A DNA stretch of 64,000 bases, taken from an uncultured Gammaproteobacteria bacterium (lineage in GTDB: Bacteria > Patescibacteriota > Microgenomatia > PFEM01 > JAPLYW01). Within the stretch, counting starts at the first letter, position 1. Every line of letters begins with the position of its first letter. Below, in pieces: positions 37,747 through 47,163 of the stretch. A program made the position numbers and the translations under genes. Below the pieces are notes generated by a model that had not been told where the DNA came from, ran no database searches, and saw nothing but the letters and a program-made list of their open reading frames with translations. The stretch covers positions 88,029 through 152,028 of the forward strand of contig OZ246397.1 of assembly GCA_965230945.1 (NCBI GenBank), written 5' to 3'.

Positions 37747-38862
37747 TTAAAGATATTCTTCCTTCTTTTTTTCTTTTAATAATTGAACTGCCTTTTTAAC
37801 ATTTTGTGCCTTATCTTTCCTGCAAATCAACAAGACATCTGGAGTATCAACAACAATCATTCCCTCAACATCTATCAAAGCCACTAAACGATCCGAAAAC
37901 CTAACCAGGTTATTGTTGCTATCAATATTATAAAACTCTCCCTTTTTACCAGTCTTAACGACCATATTATTTTCTTTATCCTTTTTACCTACTTTAAAGA
38001 CAACCTGCCAATCACCAATATCACTCCATTCAAAAGAGGCTGGTACTAAAACTAAATTATCAGCCTTTTCTGATACCGCATAATCTATGGAAATACTCTC
38101 TGCCTTAGCGTAAACTTCCTCAATAACTTCGTTCTCATCTTCTTCATTCCAAGCCTCTTGAATTTTTTTAGCCCCTTCAAAAATCTTAGGAGCGTGTTTT
38201 TGACAAGCCTTCAAAAAATTATTAGCTTTCCAAGTATAAAGATTGGCATTCCAATAATATTTATCACTCTTAACAAACATTTTGGCCTGGTTAAGTTTTG
38301 GTTTCTCTTTAAACTGTCTAACCTTAAAAACCTTTGTTCTTTCAATTGCTTTAATAACTTTATCAACTTGAATATAGCCAAAACCGGTATGGGGAAACGT
38401 AGGCTTGATGCCTACCGTAACTAACCAATCGCCTTCAAAGGCCATCTTGACTGCCACCATCATATTTTCAACAAATTCATCAAGAGGAGACATCAAATGA
38501 TCAGAGGCCAGATTAACAACGACTGCTTGAGAGTCAATTTTGGCGATAACGGCCGCACCAACCGCCATAGCTAAAGCCGTATTTCTGCCCTGAGGCTCGG
38601 CGATGACATTCTTTAAAGAAAGCCCCCCCTGAGCTAAAACCTCATCAACATAGTCTAAATTGGTAACCACAAAAATTCTTTCTTCAGGAACCAAGCGCTT
38701 AGCGCGCTTGATAGTTTGGGAAAAGATCGTTTCTTCTCCTAAAAGGTTAATAAACTGCTTAGGCGTCTTTTTACGGGAAGAAGGCCATAAGCGAGTGCCG
38801 CCGCCGCCGCAGAGAATTAAAACGAATAAATGATCTTTTAAATCTTGCTTATCTTCTGCCAT
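37747..38862 (-). CDS. manC: Mannose-1-phosphate guanylyltransferase
   Basis: LCGGGGTRLWP, PKQF, EPQGRNTA, FKEKP, SIDYAV and WSDIG. Confidence 0.92.
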   Translation of the reverse strand: MAEDKQDLKDHLFVLILCGGGGTRLWPSSRKKTPKQFINLLGEETIFSQTIKRAKRLVPEERIFVVTNLDYVDEVLAQGGLSLKNVIAEPQGRNTALAMAVGAAVIAKIDSQAVVVNLASDHLMSPLDEFVENMMVAVKMAFEGDWLVTVGIKPTFPHTGFGYIQVDKVIKAIERTKVFKVRQFKEKPKLNQAKMFVKSDKYYWNANLYTWKANNFLKACQKHAPKIFEGAKKIQEAWNEEDENEVIEEVYAKAESISIDYAVSEKADNLVLVPASFEWSDIGDWQVVFKVGKKDKENNMVVKTGKKGEFYNIDSNNNLVRFSDRLVALIDVEGMIVVDTPDVLLICRKDKAQNVKKAVQLLKEKKKEEYL

Positions 38863-39946
38863 TTTTATATTCTGTGTATTCTCTTTCTATTGCCTTTTTA
38901 AAATTATCCTTAAAACTTTGCTTACTAAACTTCTTTGCGTTTTTTCGACAAACTCCTGGATTAAAATCCTTTGCCTTAAATACCTTTAATGTTTTTATTA
39001 AAGCTTGGCTTGTTTGTGGATAAAAGAAGGTGCCTGTCCTGCCTTCGACTACCGTTTCTAAAGCGCCACCGGCTTTAAAAGCGATGACCGGCTTTCCACA
39101 AGCTTGTGCTTCTAAAGGAACTAAACCAAAATCTTCTTCTTGCGGAAAGACAACCGCGCGACAATTTTGATAATAGCTTAATAGTTCATTATCTGTCAAT
39201 TGGCCTAAAAATTCAATATTTCTTTTGGCCATGATTTTTAACCTAGACATTTGGCTACCAATACCCACTATCTTTAAAGGCCAACCTAATTGATTAAAAG
39301 CCTTAATAGCCAAGTCAACCTTTTTATAGGCTACCAAACGAGAAACCATCAAAAAATAATCAGAGCTTCTTTTCTCTTTTATTATAAAAAACTTATTTAT
39401 ATCAAGCGGCGGATAAACTACTTTTGAAGATCGGTGGTAATATTTTTTTATTCTCTTTTGTACATTTTCGGAAATAGCCAGATAGAAATCCGGCCTTTGA
39501 CAAGCCACTTTATCCCAATTCCTAAGATATTTTAAAAGCGGTTTGCTTAAAAAACGCAATGGTTTATTTTTAAAATATTGATGATAACCGCTCCAAAGAT
39601 AACGAGTAGGGGTTAAACAGTAACAAAAATGTAAAGTTGAGGGGCGAGTGATAATTCCCTTGGCATAGGCACTGGTCACAGAAATAACGACATCAAAATC
39701 AGAAAAATCAAAGCCTTCAAAAGCCAAAGGTGTTAACCAAGGATAAAATTCATGATGTTTTGAAGCTAAAGGAAATTTATTTAAAAAGGAAGGAATCACT
39801 TGAAATTTTTTGGCCCACGGAGCGGTAGTAGAATTATAAACGGCAGTATAAAGCGGCGCTTCCGGCCAAATCTCATGAAGGGCCTCAAGCACTCTTTCCG
39901 CTCCACCAATTTTACTAACCCAATCATAAACTAAAGCAACTTTCAT
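38849..39946 (-). CDS. Glycosyltransferase family 4 (mannosyltransferase-like)
   Basis: GGAERVL, YCLTPTRYLW and EEDFGLVPLEAQACG. Confidence 0.92.
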   Translation of the reverse strand: MKVALVYDWVSKIGGAERVLEALHEIWPEAPLYTAVYNSTTAPWAKKFQVIPSFLNKFPLASKHHEFYPWLTPLAFEGFDFSDFDVVISVTSAYAKGIITRPSTLHFCYCLTPTRYLWSGYHQYFKNKPLRFLSKPLLKYLRNWDKVACQRPDFYLAISENVQKRIKKYYHRSSKVVYPPLDINKFFIIKEKRSSDYFLMVSRLVAYKKVDLAIKAFNQLGWPLKIVGIGSQMSRLKIMAKRNIEFLGQLTDNELLSYYQNCRAVVFPQEEDFGLVPLEAQACGKPVIAFKAGGALETVVEGRTGTFFYPQTSQALIKTLKVFKAKDFNPGVCRKNAKKFSKQSFKDNFKKAIEREYTEYKNGRR

Positions 39947-40047
39947 TATTCCTCTATTTTAACAGATTTTGGGAGGAGATTATTTTTTCTTTTTAGAAAC
40001 AAAGGGAACTAAATCTTCTTTACGTAGAAGCCGTGTTTCAGTAGCAT

Positions 40048-40128
40048 TAAAAAACCCCGCACACAGCTTGCGCTCGCACAGGGGAGTTTAGTAGGGTAAT
40101 TTTACTATTATTGTAAAGTACTTGTCAA
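40048..40128 (-). promoter_or_regulatory. Promoter (TTGACA-18-TAAAAT) followed by a GCAA-capped hairpin and U-tract
   Basis: Minus strand ...CTCCCCTGTGCGAGC-GCAA-GCTGTGTGCGGGG-TTTTTT. Confidence 0.55.
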
Positions 40129-40172
40129 ACCCAAATCTTATTCACTCGATCATAAACTAAGGCAATTTTCAT
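40125..40172 (-). pseudogene. 15-codon remnant of a GT4 N-terminus (MKIALVYDRVNKIWV*)
   Basis: 32 of 39 nt match the first 13 codons of 38849..39946 (MKVALVYDWVSKI); the ATG is 1 nt after the upstream stop. Confidence 0.7.
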
Positions 40173-40173
40173 C

Positions 40174-41316
40174 TTAATTTATACTCTGGTAGACAGTTAT
40201 CGTTTCTTTAGCCATTTTCTGCCAAGAATATTGTCTAACTTTCTTAAAACCCTCCTTAATTAAATCCTCTTGTAATTCTTTATCGCTAACTGCTTTTTTA
40301 ATTTTTTCTGTCATATCTTGAACATCCAAAGGATTAAAATAAAAAGCGGCCTCACCATAGACTTCTGGCAAGCAAGAAGCATTTGAAGAAACCACTGGCA
40401 AGCCTATCGCCATCGCCTCTAATCCAGTCAAGCCAAAACCTTCTAAAAGAGATGGAAATACAAAGGCTTCGGCTTCTTGATAAAGAACATTTAGATCTTT
40501 ATCGGGGAGAAAACCAATTAAATTAACTAAATTTTCTGCCTTCATTTTTTTAACTTCTTTTTCAAAACGCTTAGCAAAAACACTTCTGGCACAAACAACT
40601 ATTAAAGATAGAGGGATTGATTTGTTAATTTCAACAATCGCCTGAGCTAAACGAGTGATGTTTTTATGAGGATAAAGGCTGCCGGTATAAACGACAAACG
40701 GCTTTTTAATCTTATATTTTTTAAGAAGCAATAAATTATCTTTGCTTATTCTTTTCTTAAGAAAAAACTTATCATCGACTCCTTCATAGGTAACAACCAG
40801 CTTTGAAGGTGACAGTTTATAAAACTTTATCAGTCTTTCTTTCCACCAATTGCTGGGCGTTATTACTTTGAAAGCTTTTTTAATGGCTGCATAAACTATA
40901 AAAAGATAAAAAAAATGTTTTAGCCAATAAAGAAAAACAGCGTGGGTAGTTGTTTTTATCCCCCTTGATTGATGCTTAATTAAATCATGAATAGTGACCA
41001 CATATTTTCCCCACCACAAAACTGGAACGTTAAAATGAGGAAAATGAGCTAAGTCCGGTTTTAGTTTAAATAATTGGAGTGGTAAAACAATTTGCTCTTT
41101 TAAGGAGTAATGAGGGTAATCAGCTAAAACTTTAATAAAATTCTTGCTTTTAAAATTTAAGGAATTAAAATATTTCTTTCTCAGGAGAAGATAATATCTA
41201 TCTTTATCTTTCTTTTGCAAAGATATTTTTTCGATCTGATTAATCAAATTGATAACGTAACGGCCAATTCCTGTGTGTTCTAGGCCATACATTCTGGCAT
41301 CAATAACAATTTTCAT
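40174..41316 (-). CDS. Glycosyltransferase family 4 (MtfB/WbpY-like)
   Basis: IVIDARM, GIGRY, VTIHDL, PHKN and EGFGLTGLEAM. Confidence 0.92.
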   Translation of the reverse strand: MKIVIDARMYGLEHTGIGRYVINLINQIEKISLQKKDKDRYYLLLRKKYFNSLNFKSKNFIKVLADYPHYSLKEQIVLPLQLFKLKPDLAHFPHFNVPVLWWGKYVVTIHDLIKHQSRGIKTTTHAVFLYWLKHFFYLFIVYAAIKKAFKVITPSNWWKERLIKFYKLSPSKLVVTYEGVDDKFFLKKRISKDNLLLLKKYKIKKPFVVYTGSLYPHKNITRLAQAIVEINKSIPLSLIVVCARSVFAKRFEKEVKKMKAENLVNLIGFLPDKDLNVLYQEAEAFVFPSLLEGFGLTGLEAMAIGLPVVSSNASCLPEVYGEAAFYFNPLDVQDMTEKIKKAVSDKELQEDLIKEGFKKVRQYSWQKMAKETITVYQSIN

Positions 41317-41326
41317 TGGATTTTGA

Positions 41327-42229
41327 CTAACGTAATTTTAACAAACGAATCTTTTCTAACAAACAAATACCCAATAGTGTCAGTTTATAGATAAATCTGG
41401 GGTACTTATCTTGGTAGTGTTTTTTAAAGAAAATCCGCATAACTTCTATTGAAGCTTTGATGGCTTTTTCTTTTGTCTTTTTATCAGCACTACTAATTTC
41501 TTGACTATGTTTTTTAATTCCTGAAGCGGCCCCTTTGTAATGAATAATCTTCACCATTGGCACAAACATTATCTGCCAACCATCCTCTTTTAGACGATAA
41601 CAGAAATCTAGATCTTCTCCATACCAAAAATAATCCTCATCAAGCCAGTTAACCTCATTACCAGCCTTTTTTCTAACTATCAAAAAGGCGCCGCAACCAG
41701 AATCAATCTCATGGGTTCTACTTTTAGGCAAATAGCTTAAAGAATACCCTGAGAAGAGTTTTATCTTAGGAAAGAGTCTTTCTAAGCCAATAAAATAGCT
41801 AAAACTGTTCCAAACAGTAGGAAAACCCCGATGACAAGCTTGGTCAAGCGAACCATCGGCAAGTTCTATTTTGCAGGTAGCTGCGCCTACTCGCTGATTC
41901 TTGTCCATAAAATCTATCATTACCTCTAAGGTATTGTTTTGCATAATAGTATCTGGATTCAAAAGCAAGATATAACGACCATTGGCTTTTTTAATGCCGA
42001 TATTGTTAGCTTTGGCAAAACCCAAGTTCTTTTTATTTTTAATTAATAAAACTTCAGGAAATTCTTTTTCAACCATCTCTGTCGAAGTGTCTTGAGAAGC
42101 ATTATCAACAACAATAATTTCAAAACTATATTTTGTTTCACTTTTCTTAACTGAATTTAAGGACTGTTTTAAAAGCTTCTCTGTATTAAAACTGACAATA
42201 ATAATACTCAGGTCTATCTTTTTATTCAT
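41327..42229 (-). CDS. Glycosyltransferase family 2 (rhamnosyltransferase-like)
   Basis: LSIIIVSFN, VDNASQD, NLGFAKANN, LLNPD and YGEDLD. Start moved to ATG 42229. Confidence 0.92.
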   Translation of the reverse strand: MNKKIDLSIIIVSFNTEKLLKQSLNSVKKSETKYSFEIIVVDNASQDTSTEMVEKEFPEVLLIKNKKNLGFAKANNIGIKKANGRYILLLNPDTIMQNNTLEVMIDFMDKNQRVGAATCKIELADGSLDQACHRGFPTVWNSFSYFIGLERLFPKIKLFSGYSLSYLPKSRTHEIDSGCGAFLIVRKKAGNEVNWLDEDYFWYGEDLDFCYRLKEDGWQIMFVPMVKIIHYKGAASGIKKHSQEISSADKKTKEKAIKASIEVMRIFFKKHYQDKYPRFIYKLTLLGICLLEKIRLLKLR

Positions 42230-43424
42230 TAATTGTTTTTTTATAAATTTGACTAAGGGTTTTGGCAATTGCTTGATAGCTATATTTTCTTTCTACCAAT
42301 TGCCTGGCTGATTCAGCCATCTTTTGATAAAGTTTTTTATCTTTAAGTAAGCCAATAACCGCCTCTGCCAAATCCTGGTTTTTCTCTTTTACTATAACAT
42401 CAACTCCATTTTTGGCATCGATCCCCTCTATGCCTACTGGAGTAGTCACCACCGGCACCCCGGCCGCCATAGCTCCTAAGATTTTCAGCCTTGTCCCACC
42501 TGGCCCTTCAATAGGAGCCAAAAACAATTTTGCTTGTCGGTAAGCTTTCTTAACACCTTCAATATCATCATTTCCCAAATCGATTACTTCAACATCCTCT
42601 CCTTTAATACCCTTTAATTTCTCATCAGCCTTTTGTCCCACAATCCTACAAACTGCTTTAGGAAAAACTTTTTTAATTAAAGGAAAAACTTCTTTCGTTA
42701 ACCTTAAAGCGGCTTCAATATTTTGCAACCATAAAAAGTTAGCTTGAAAAAGAATATTAATCTCTTGGCTTTCTTCTTTATTCTCCCAAATAGAAAGAAG
42801 GTCTTCGCCGGCCCCATTAGGAACTACTTCTACCTTAAGTCCAGGAACTAAAGAAATCATTTTTTGCTTATCTGACTGAGAAACAGCAATAACCTTATTG
42901 GCTCTTTTCCAAAACCTTGCTTCCCAAAATTTTAGTTTTAAAACATCAAGGTATAAAAAGGGCTTTAGCGGCCAAAACCAAAAATTATTAACAAAATGCT
43001 GATAAACTTGGTACTCTATCGTCTGATCAGTTAAAACCACAGGAATTTTTGTTTTCGGTAAATGGGGCATAACATAAAAGGTTTCTGCATGGATTAAATC
43101 ATAGTCCGTTTCTTTTAATTTTCTTTCTATGGCCATTTTTTCTTCAGGAGAAAGATTTCTTACCACCAAAAAAGGGTAAAAACCAAAAACTGTTCGTAGA
43201 ATATTCCTCAATGTCCAGGGTTTTTCCGGCCTTCTAAAAACATTAATCTCTTGACAAAACCCCTTCAAATTATTGATGTATTTTTTCTCTTCATCGTATT
43301 TGATTAAAGAAAAAAGGGTAATCTTATGATACTTAGCCAAATTTTTAATGAGATTATAAGATCTTACCTGTCCACCTGAGGAAGGCGGGTAAGGCAAATA
43401 TGGAGTCAACATTAAAATCTTCAT
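42222..43424 (-). CDS. Glycosyltransferase family 4
   Basis: PYLPYPPSSGG and GGTRLKILGAMAAGVPVVTT. Confidence 0.9.
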   Translation of the reverse strand: MKILMLTPYLPYPPSSGGQVRSYNLIKNLAKYHKITLFSLIKYDEEKKYINNLKGFCQEINVFRRPEKPWTLRNILRTVFGFYPFLVVRNLSPEEKMAIERKLKETDYDLIHAETFYVMPHLPKTKIPVVLTDQTIEYQVYQHFVNNFWFWPLKPFLYLDVLKLKFWEARFWKRANKVIAVSQSDKQKMISLVPGLKVEVVPNGAGEDLLSIWENKEESQEINILFQANFLWLQNIEAALRLTKEVFPLIKKVFPKAVCRIVGQKADEKLKGIKGEDVEVIDLGNDDIEGVKKAYRQAKLFLAPIEGPGGTRLKILGAMAAGVPVVTTPVGIEGIDAKNGVDVIVKEKNQDLAEAVIGLLKDKKLYQKMAESARQLVERKYSYQAIAKTLSQIYKKTINE

Positions 43425-44869
43425 AAAGTAAAGATTATATATTGATCAGTCCTTTTAAGGACAGAGTAATTTTGGAGCATATATTGGCCAAATTCTGAAC
43501 TTTCATCAAACTTGGTCGTCACGTAAATACTACCCCCCATCTCTTTTACTCTTTGGATAGTCTCTTTACTATTGGGAAAATAAGAAGCATAGCCGCCGGT
43601 CCAACCATAGCGATTGGTATTATAAAGCAGGGTTGCATCATTGGAATCACCAGTTAAGACCAAGGCATTTTTGTCAGTCAGCTCATCAACAGCCCTGCTA
43701 GCTAGATCTACACCCCCTTGGATGAGATAAAAACCTTTCACCTCAAACAAAGAAAAACCAAGCATAAAAACAACACAAACTAGCAATAACAAATAACTAA
43801 AGAAACGCGAAAAATACTGTCTGGGTGCAGTTAAAAGCCACCAACTCCCCTTAGCTAAAAAGATGGCCGCCAGGGGTATGAAAGGAATTTGATAATAATC
43901 ATGAGTGACGTTACCAGCGGCAAAAACACAGACATAAATCAAAAAAGATAAAAACCAAAAATGGAAAAACCAATTCTCTTTTTTGAAAGGCTTTAAAATC
44001 AAACCCAAAACAAACAAAGGCAAACCCCAATAACCTAAGATTAATTTACCTATTCTTTCTGCAAAAATCCAGCGGAAAAAAGCCGGACGGAAACGAATCC
44101 CTCCTTCGTTAAAAAGCCAGAGATTGGTCGGAATCCCTTCTGGGAAACGGGAAATCCAAAACCGCCAAGCCAGCAACGGCAAAAGGGATAAAAGAAGCAG
44201 CCAAAGTTTCTTCTCCCTGTAAAAACGCCAGCCATACCTTTGCCAAATCAAATAAGACATTGGCAGAATTAAAAACAAAGGGAAAGTTTTCATCAACAAC
44301 GCCCAGGCGATGAAAACCATGGCCCAGAAATAAATACCGTTCTTCTGCCTTTCAAGCCAAAGCCAAAAAAACCAAAGCATGCCTAGGGCAGCAAACAACA
44401 TCATCGGCTCCGGCATGATCACTCGCGAGTAAAAAACACTATAAGGCAGAACCGCCATAAACAAGGCCGACAATAATCCCACCCAGCGATTAACCAAACG
44501 ACTTGTCAGCAAAAACAGAAAAACCAAAGCGCCTAAGGAAAAAAGGATGGAAACCAAACGAGCCAGACTTTCTTTAACCCCGAACAAACGATAAAAACCC
44601 GCTACTACCGCTTGGTAAAAAGGCGGTTCGACAAAAAAGTAACGCTGTTCATTAAGGGTTCCTGGTCTTAAAGGAGCCATATTATCAATTCTAGGATGAA
44701 AAAAATCAAAACCCTCTTTGACAAAATTACGAGCTACGGCGGCCGTGTCTGCCTGACGCCAAGAATGATGATCAGCCAAAGGAATATTGATTTTATAAAG
44801 ACGCAAGCCAAAAGATAAAAGAATAATAATTGTTAATAATAAAGGAATGAGAATTTTTTTCTTAAACAT
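43421..44869 (-). CDS. GT-C fold membrane glycosyltransferase (ArnT/PMT family)
   Basis: WRQADTAAVARNF, EPPFY, ARLVS, HDYYQ and many TM segments. Confidence 0.85.
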   Translation of the reverse strand: MFKKKILIPLLLTIIILLSFGLRLYKINIPLADHHSWRQADTAAVARNFVKEGFDFFHPRIDNMAPLRPGTLNEQRYFFVEPPFYQAVVAGFYRLFGVKESLARLVSILFSLGALVFLFLLTSRLVNRWVGLLSALFMAVLPYSVFYSRVIMPEPMMLFAALGMLWFFWLWLERQKNGIYFWAMVFIAWALLMKTFPLFLILPMSYLIWQRYGWRFYREKKLWLLLLSLLPLLAWRFWISRFPEGIPTNLWLFNEGGIRFRPAFFRWIFAERIGKLILGYWGLPLFVLGLILKPFKKENWFFHFWFLSFLIYVCVFAAGNVTHDYYQIPFIPLAAIFLAKGSWWLLTAPRQYFSRFFSYLLLLVCVVFMLGFSLFEVKGFYLIQGGVDLASRAVDELTDKNALVLTGDSNDATLLYNTNRYGWTGGYASYFPNSKETIQRVKEMGGSIYVTTKFDESSEFGQYMLQNYSVLKRTDQYIIFTL

Positions 44870-46325
44870 TTTTTCTGTTTTTTGCAGGTATACTAACCTT
44901 CATTATACCAACCAAAATACCCATTAATATCCAAAAGATAAAAGCTATTTTTGAGGATTCAAAAACATCAATAAACACAGCATTGGCAAAGAAGCCTAAA
45001 GCCGCCCCGGAAATCCCTATTACCAAAACTTTAGCCAGGCCTTTTTTGACTACTTGACAAAAATAAACCGCCCTTCTGAAAATCTCCAAAAAGATTAAAA
45101 AGAAAGCAATAAATCCCAATAAGCCCACTTCTGCCAGTAAACGCAGGTAGTCATTATCAGTAGCTAAAGTTACTGAAGAATAGCCTGTCCCTAATAATGG
45201 ATTTTTAGTAAAAGCCCTTAAAGCTCTAGGCCATTCCACGTCAAACCTAATACCACTTGAATACTCCACTGCTAGTTCCGTTGTTGGCTGCCACTCCTCA
45301 ACCTCTGCTGCGGCCGTAGCCACTAAAGCAGGTGTTAGTGTCGGCGCAGTTGTCGACGTAGTTGTCGGCTTTACCACCTCAACTTCTTCAACTGGTGTAG
45401 GAACAAAAACTAGTTCAGGCATCTCTTTTTGTTTGGATATTTTTGACGAGAAGGGCATACTAATTTTTTCTAAATCCAGATTAAAGGTTAAAGCGTATCT
45501 TTTAGCAATATCATCGGAAAGAAACATGCCGACAAAACTTAAGATCAAAACGGGAATTAACCACCAATATTTCCTTAAAGCTAAAAAGACAAAAATAATG
45601 GCAATTAAGTAGGCAACAAAAGAGACCCTGGAGGCTGTTAGAATCAAGATATAAAAAGAGGTGATAGCCAATATTAGAATGGTTATTTTGGCCAATTTGT
45701 TTTTTAAGCCAAAAACAAAAGCTGCGGCCAGAGATAAAATTAAAACCATAAAGGCCGCCAAATCATAATGCCCGGCAAAGGTAGAACTAATTCTTGTCCA
45801 TTCAGTTAAGCGTAAAAGCATGCCCTTGGAAAACTCCTCATTCATAGTGGAAATAACCGGCCAGCTATAAAATTTTTGACCAATGCCATAAACAATTACT
45901 CCCAATGTCGATAGAAACAAAACCCAAGCATAGGTTTTGACATTCTCTAGACTTCTTATTGAAGCCAAAGCTATAAAAAACAAAGACATATATTCCACTC
46001 TTCTTATAAAATGAAGGAAGGCAATATGAGGAACGACATTCTTGGTAATCAAGAGAGCACTTAATAAAGACAGAAAACCAACAAACCAATAAAAAATAAT
46101 TAATTTGCCAACTTTATCTTTAAGGGTCGGGAAACCGCAGCGGATTTGATGGATAAGCCAAAAAAACAAAAAGAAAACCACCAAAAGATCCTCTATCCTA
46201 ATAGCCACATAGGTCCCTGGGATATTAAGTAAGGGAAATTTAGGATACAAAGGAATAAAAAGCAATAAGGTAATTATTCCTAAAGATAAAATATTAACCT
46301 CTGGTAATTTTAAGCGCCTGAGCAT
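44862..46325 (-). CDS. O-antigen ligase/polymerase family protein with Thr/Pro-rich loop
   Basis: LYPKFP, RISSTFAGHYD, TASR, KNPLLGTG and DNDYLRLL. Confidence 0.85.
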   Translation of the reverse strand: MLRRLKLPEVNILSLGIITLLLFIPLYPKFPLLNIPGTYVAIRIEDLLVVFFLFFWLIHQIRCGFPTLKDKVGKLIIFYWFVGFLSLLSALLITKNVVPHIAFLHFIRRVEYMSLFFIALASIRSLENVKTYAWVLFLSTLGVIVYGIGQKFYSWPVISTMNEEFSKGMLLRLTEWTRISSTFAGHYDLAAFMVLILSLAAAFVFGLKNKLAKITILILAITSFYILILTASRVSFVAYLIAIIFVFLALRKYWWLIPVLILSFVGMFLSDDIAKRYALTFNLDLEKISMPFSSKISKQKEMPELVFVPTPVEEVEVVKPTTTSTTAPTLTPALVATAAAEVEEWQPTTELAVEYSSGIRFDVEWPRALRAFTKNPLLGTGYSSVTLATDNDYLRLLAEVGLLGFIAFFLIFLEIFRRAVYFCQVVKKGLAKVLVIGISGAALGFFANAVFIDVFESSKIAFIFWILMGILVGIMKVSIPAKNRKNV

Positions 46326-47163
46326 AAGTCTCTTTAAGATAACTGTTGTCTAAAAGCAAGCCTAAAAGGTAAGCCCCGCCTGCCTTTAATTTTAACATTA
46401 ATTTTAAAATTGGCAGTTGCCAACGAGGACAATGCTTCTTATAAAAATAAATTAATCCTCTATAGATATTTAAAATCGGTTCTCTTCTGCCGCTCTTAGA
46501 ACTACCCCAACCTAAATGAATAATCTGAGCTTTGGGATAAAAAACTACTTTATAACCGGCTTTTTTAATTCTATAAGCCCATTCCACTTCATCCATATAC
46601 ATAAACAAGCCTTCATCCATAAAACCTGCCCTGCTTAAAATATCACGCTTAATCATCAAGGCCGCTCCCATAACCCAATCAACTTCTCTTGTCTTTTCAA
46701 AAGAGCTTCTCACTAAATCACCTAACCAGTGTTCGAAAAAAAGCATGATGGCGGCTATTTTTAGGCTAGGGAAAGGGCCGGCTGAAGGCTGTAAACTTCC
46801 ATCTTTATTTAAAAGTCGGCAACCTACCACCCCTACCTGAGGATGGTTTTTTAGATAATTAGCCATTAATAAAGGCGCTTTATCTTTAATAATAGTATCC
46901 GAATTTAAAAGGAGTAGATAATCTCCTTTGGCTTTTTTCATTCCCTGGTTATTGGCAGCTCCATAACCCAAGTTTTTTTTGTTTTTAATTAAAATAGTTT
47001 TGGGAAATTCCTCCTCAATCATTCTCATTGTTCCATCAGTTGAACCATTATCAACAATAATAACTTCCCAGTTAGAACCTAGACTCTTTAAACAATTCCT
47101 TAACAATCCCTTAGTATTCCAACTGGGGATAATAATAGAAATTTCTATCTTTTTGCTCGCCAT
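46294..47163 (-). CDS. Glycosyltransferase family 2
   Basis: VDNGSTD, NLGYGAANN, LLNSD and FMYMDEVEW. Confidence 0.92.
   Translation of the reverse strand: MASKKIEISIIIPSWNTKGLLRNCLKSLGSNWEVIIVDNGSTDGTMRMIEEEFPKTILIKNKKNLGYGAANNQGMKKAKGDYLLLLNSDTIIKDKAPLLMANYLKNHPQVGVVGCRLLNKDGSLQPSAGPFPSLKIAAIMLFFEHWLGDLVRSSFEKTREVDWVMGAALMIKRDILSRAGFMDEGLFMYMDEVEWAYRIKKAGYKVVFYPKAQIIHLGWGSSKSGRREPILNIYRGLIYFYKKHCPRWQLPILKLMLKLKAGGAYLLGLLLDNSYLKETYAQALKITRG

Noticed and set aside
40048-40100. SRP RNA, 6S RNA or a known riboswitch
   Set aside because: It lacks the SRP domain IV motif, is too short for 6S, and matches no riboswitch consensus I recognise. Kept only as an unclassified hairpin.
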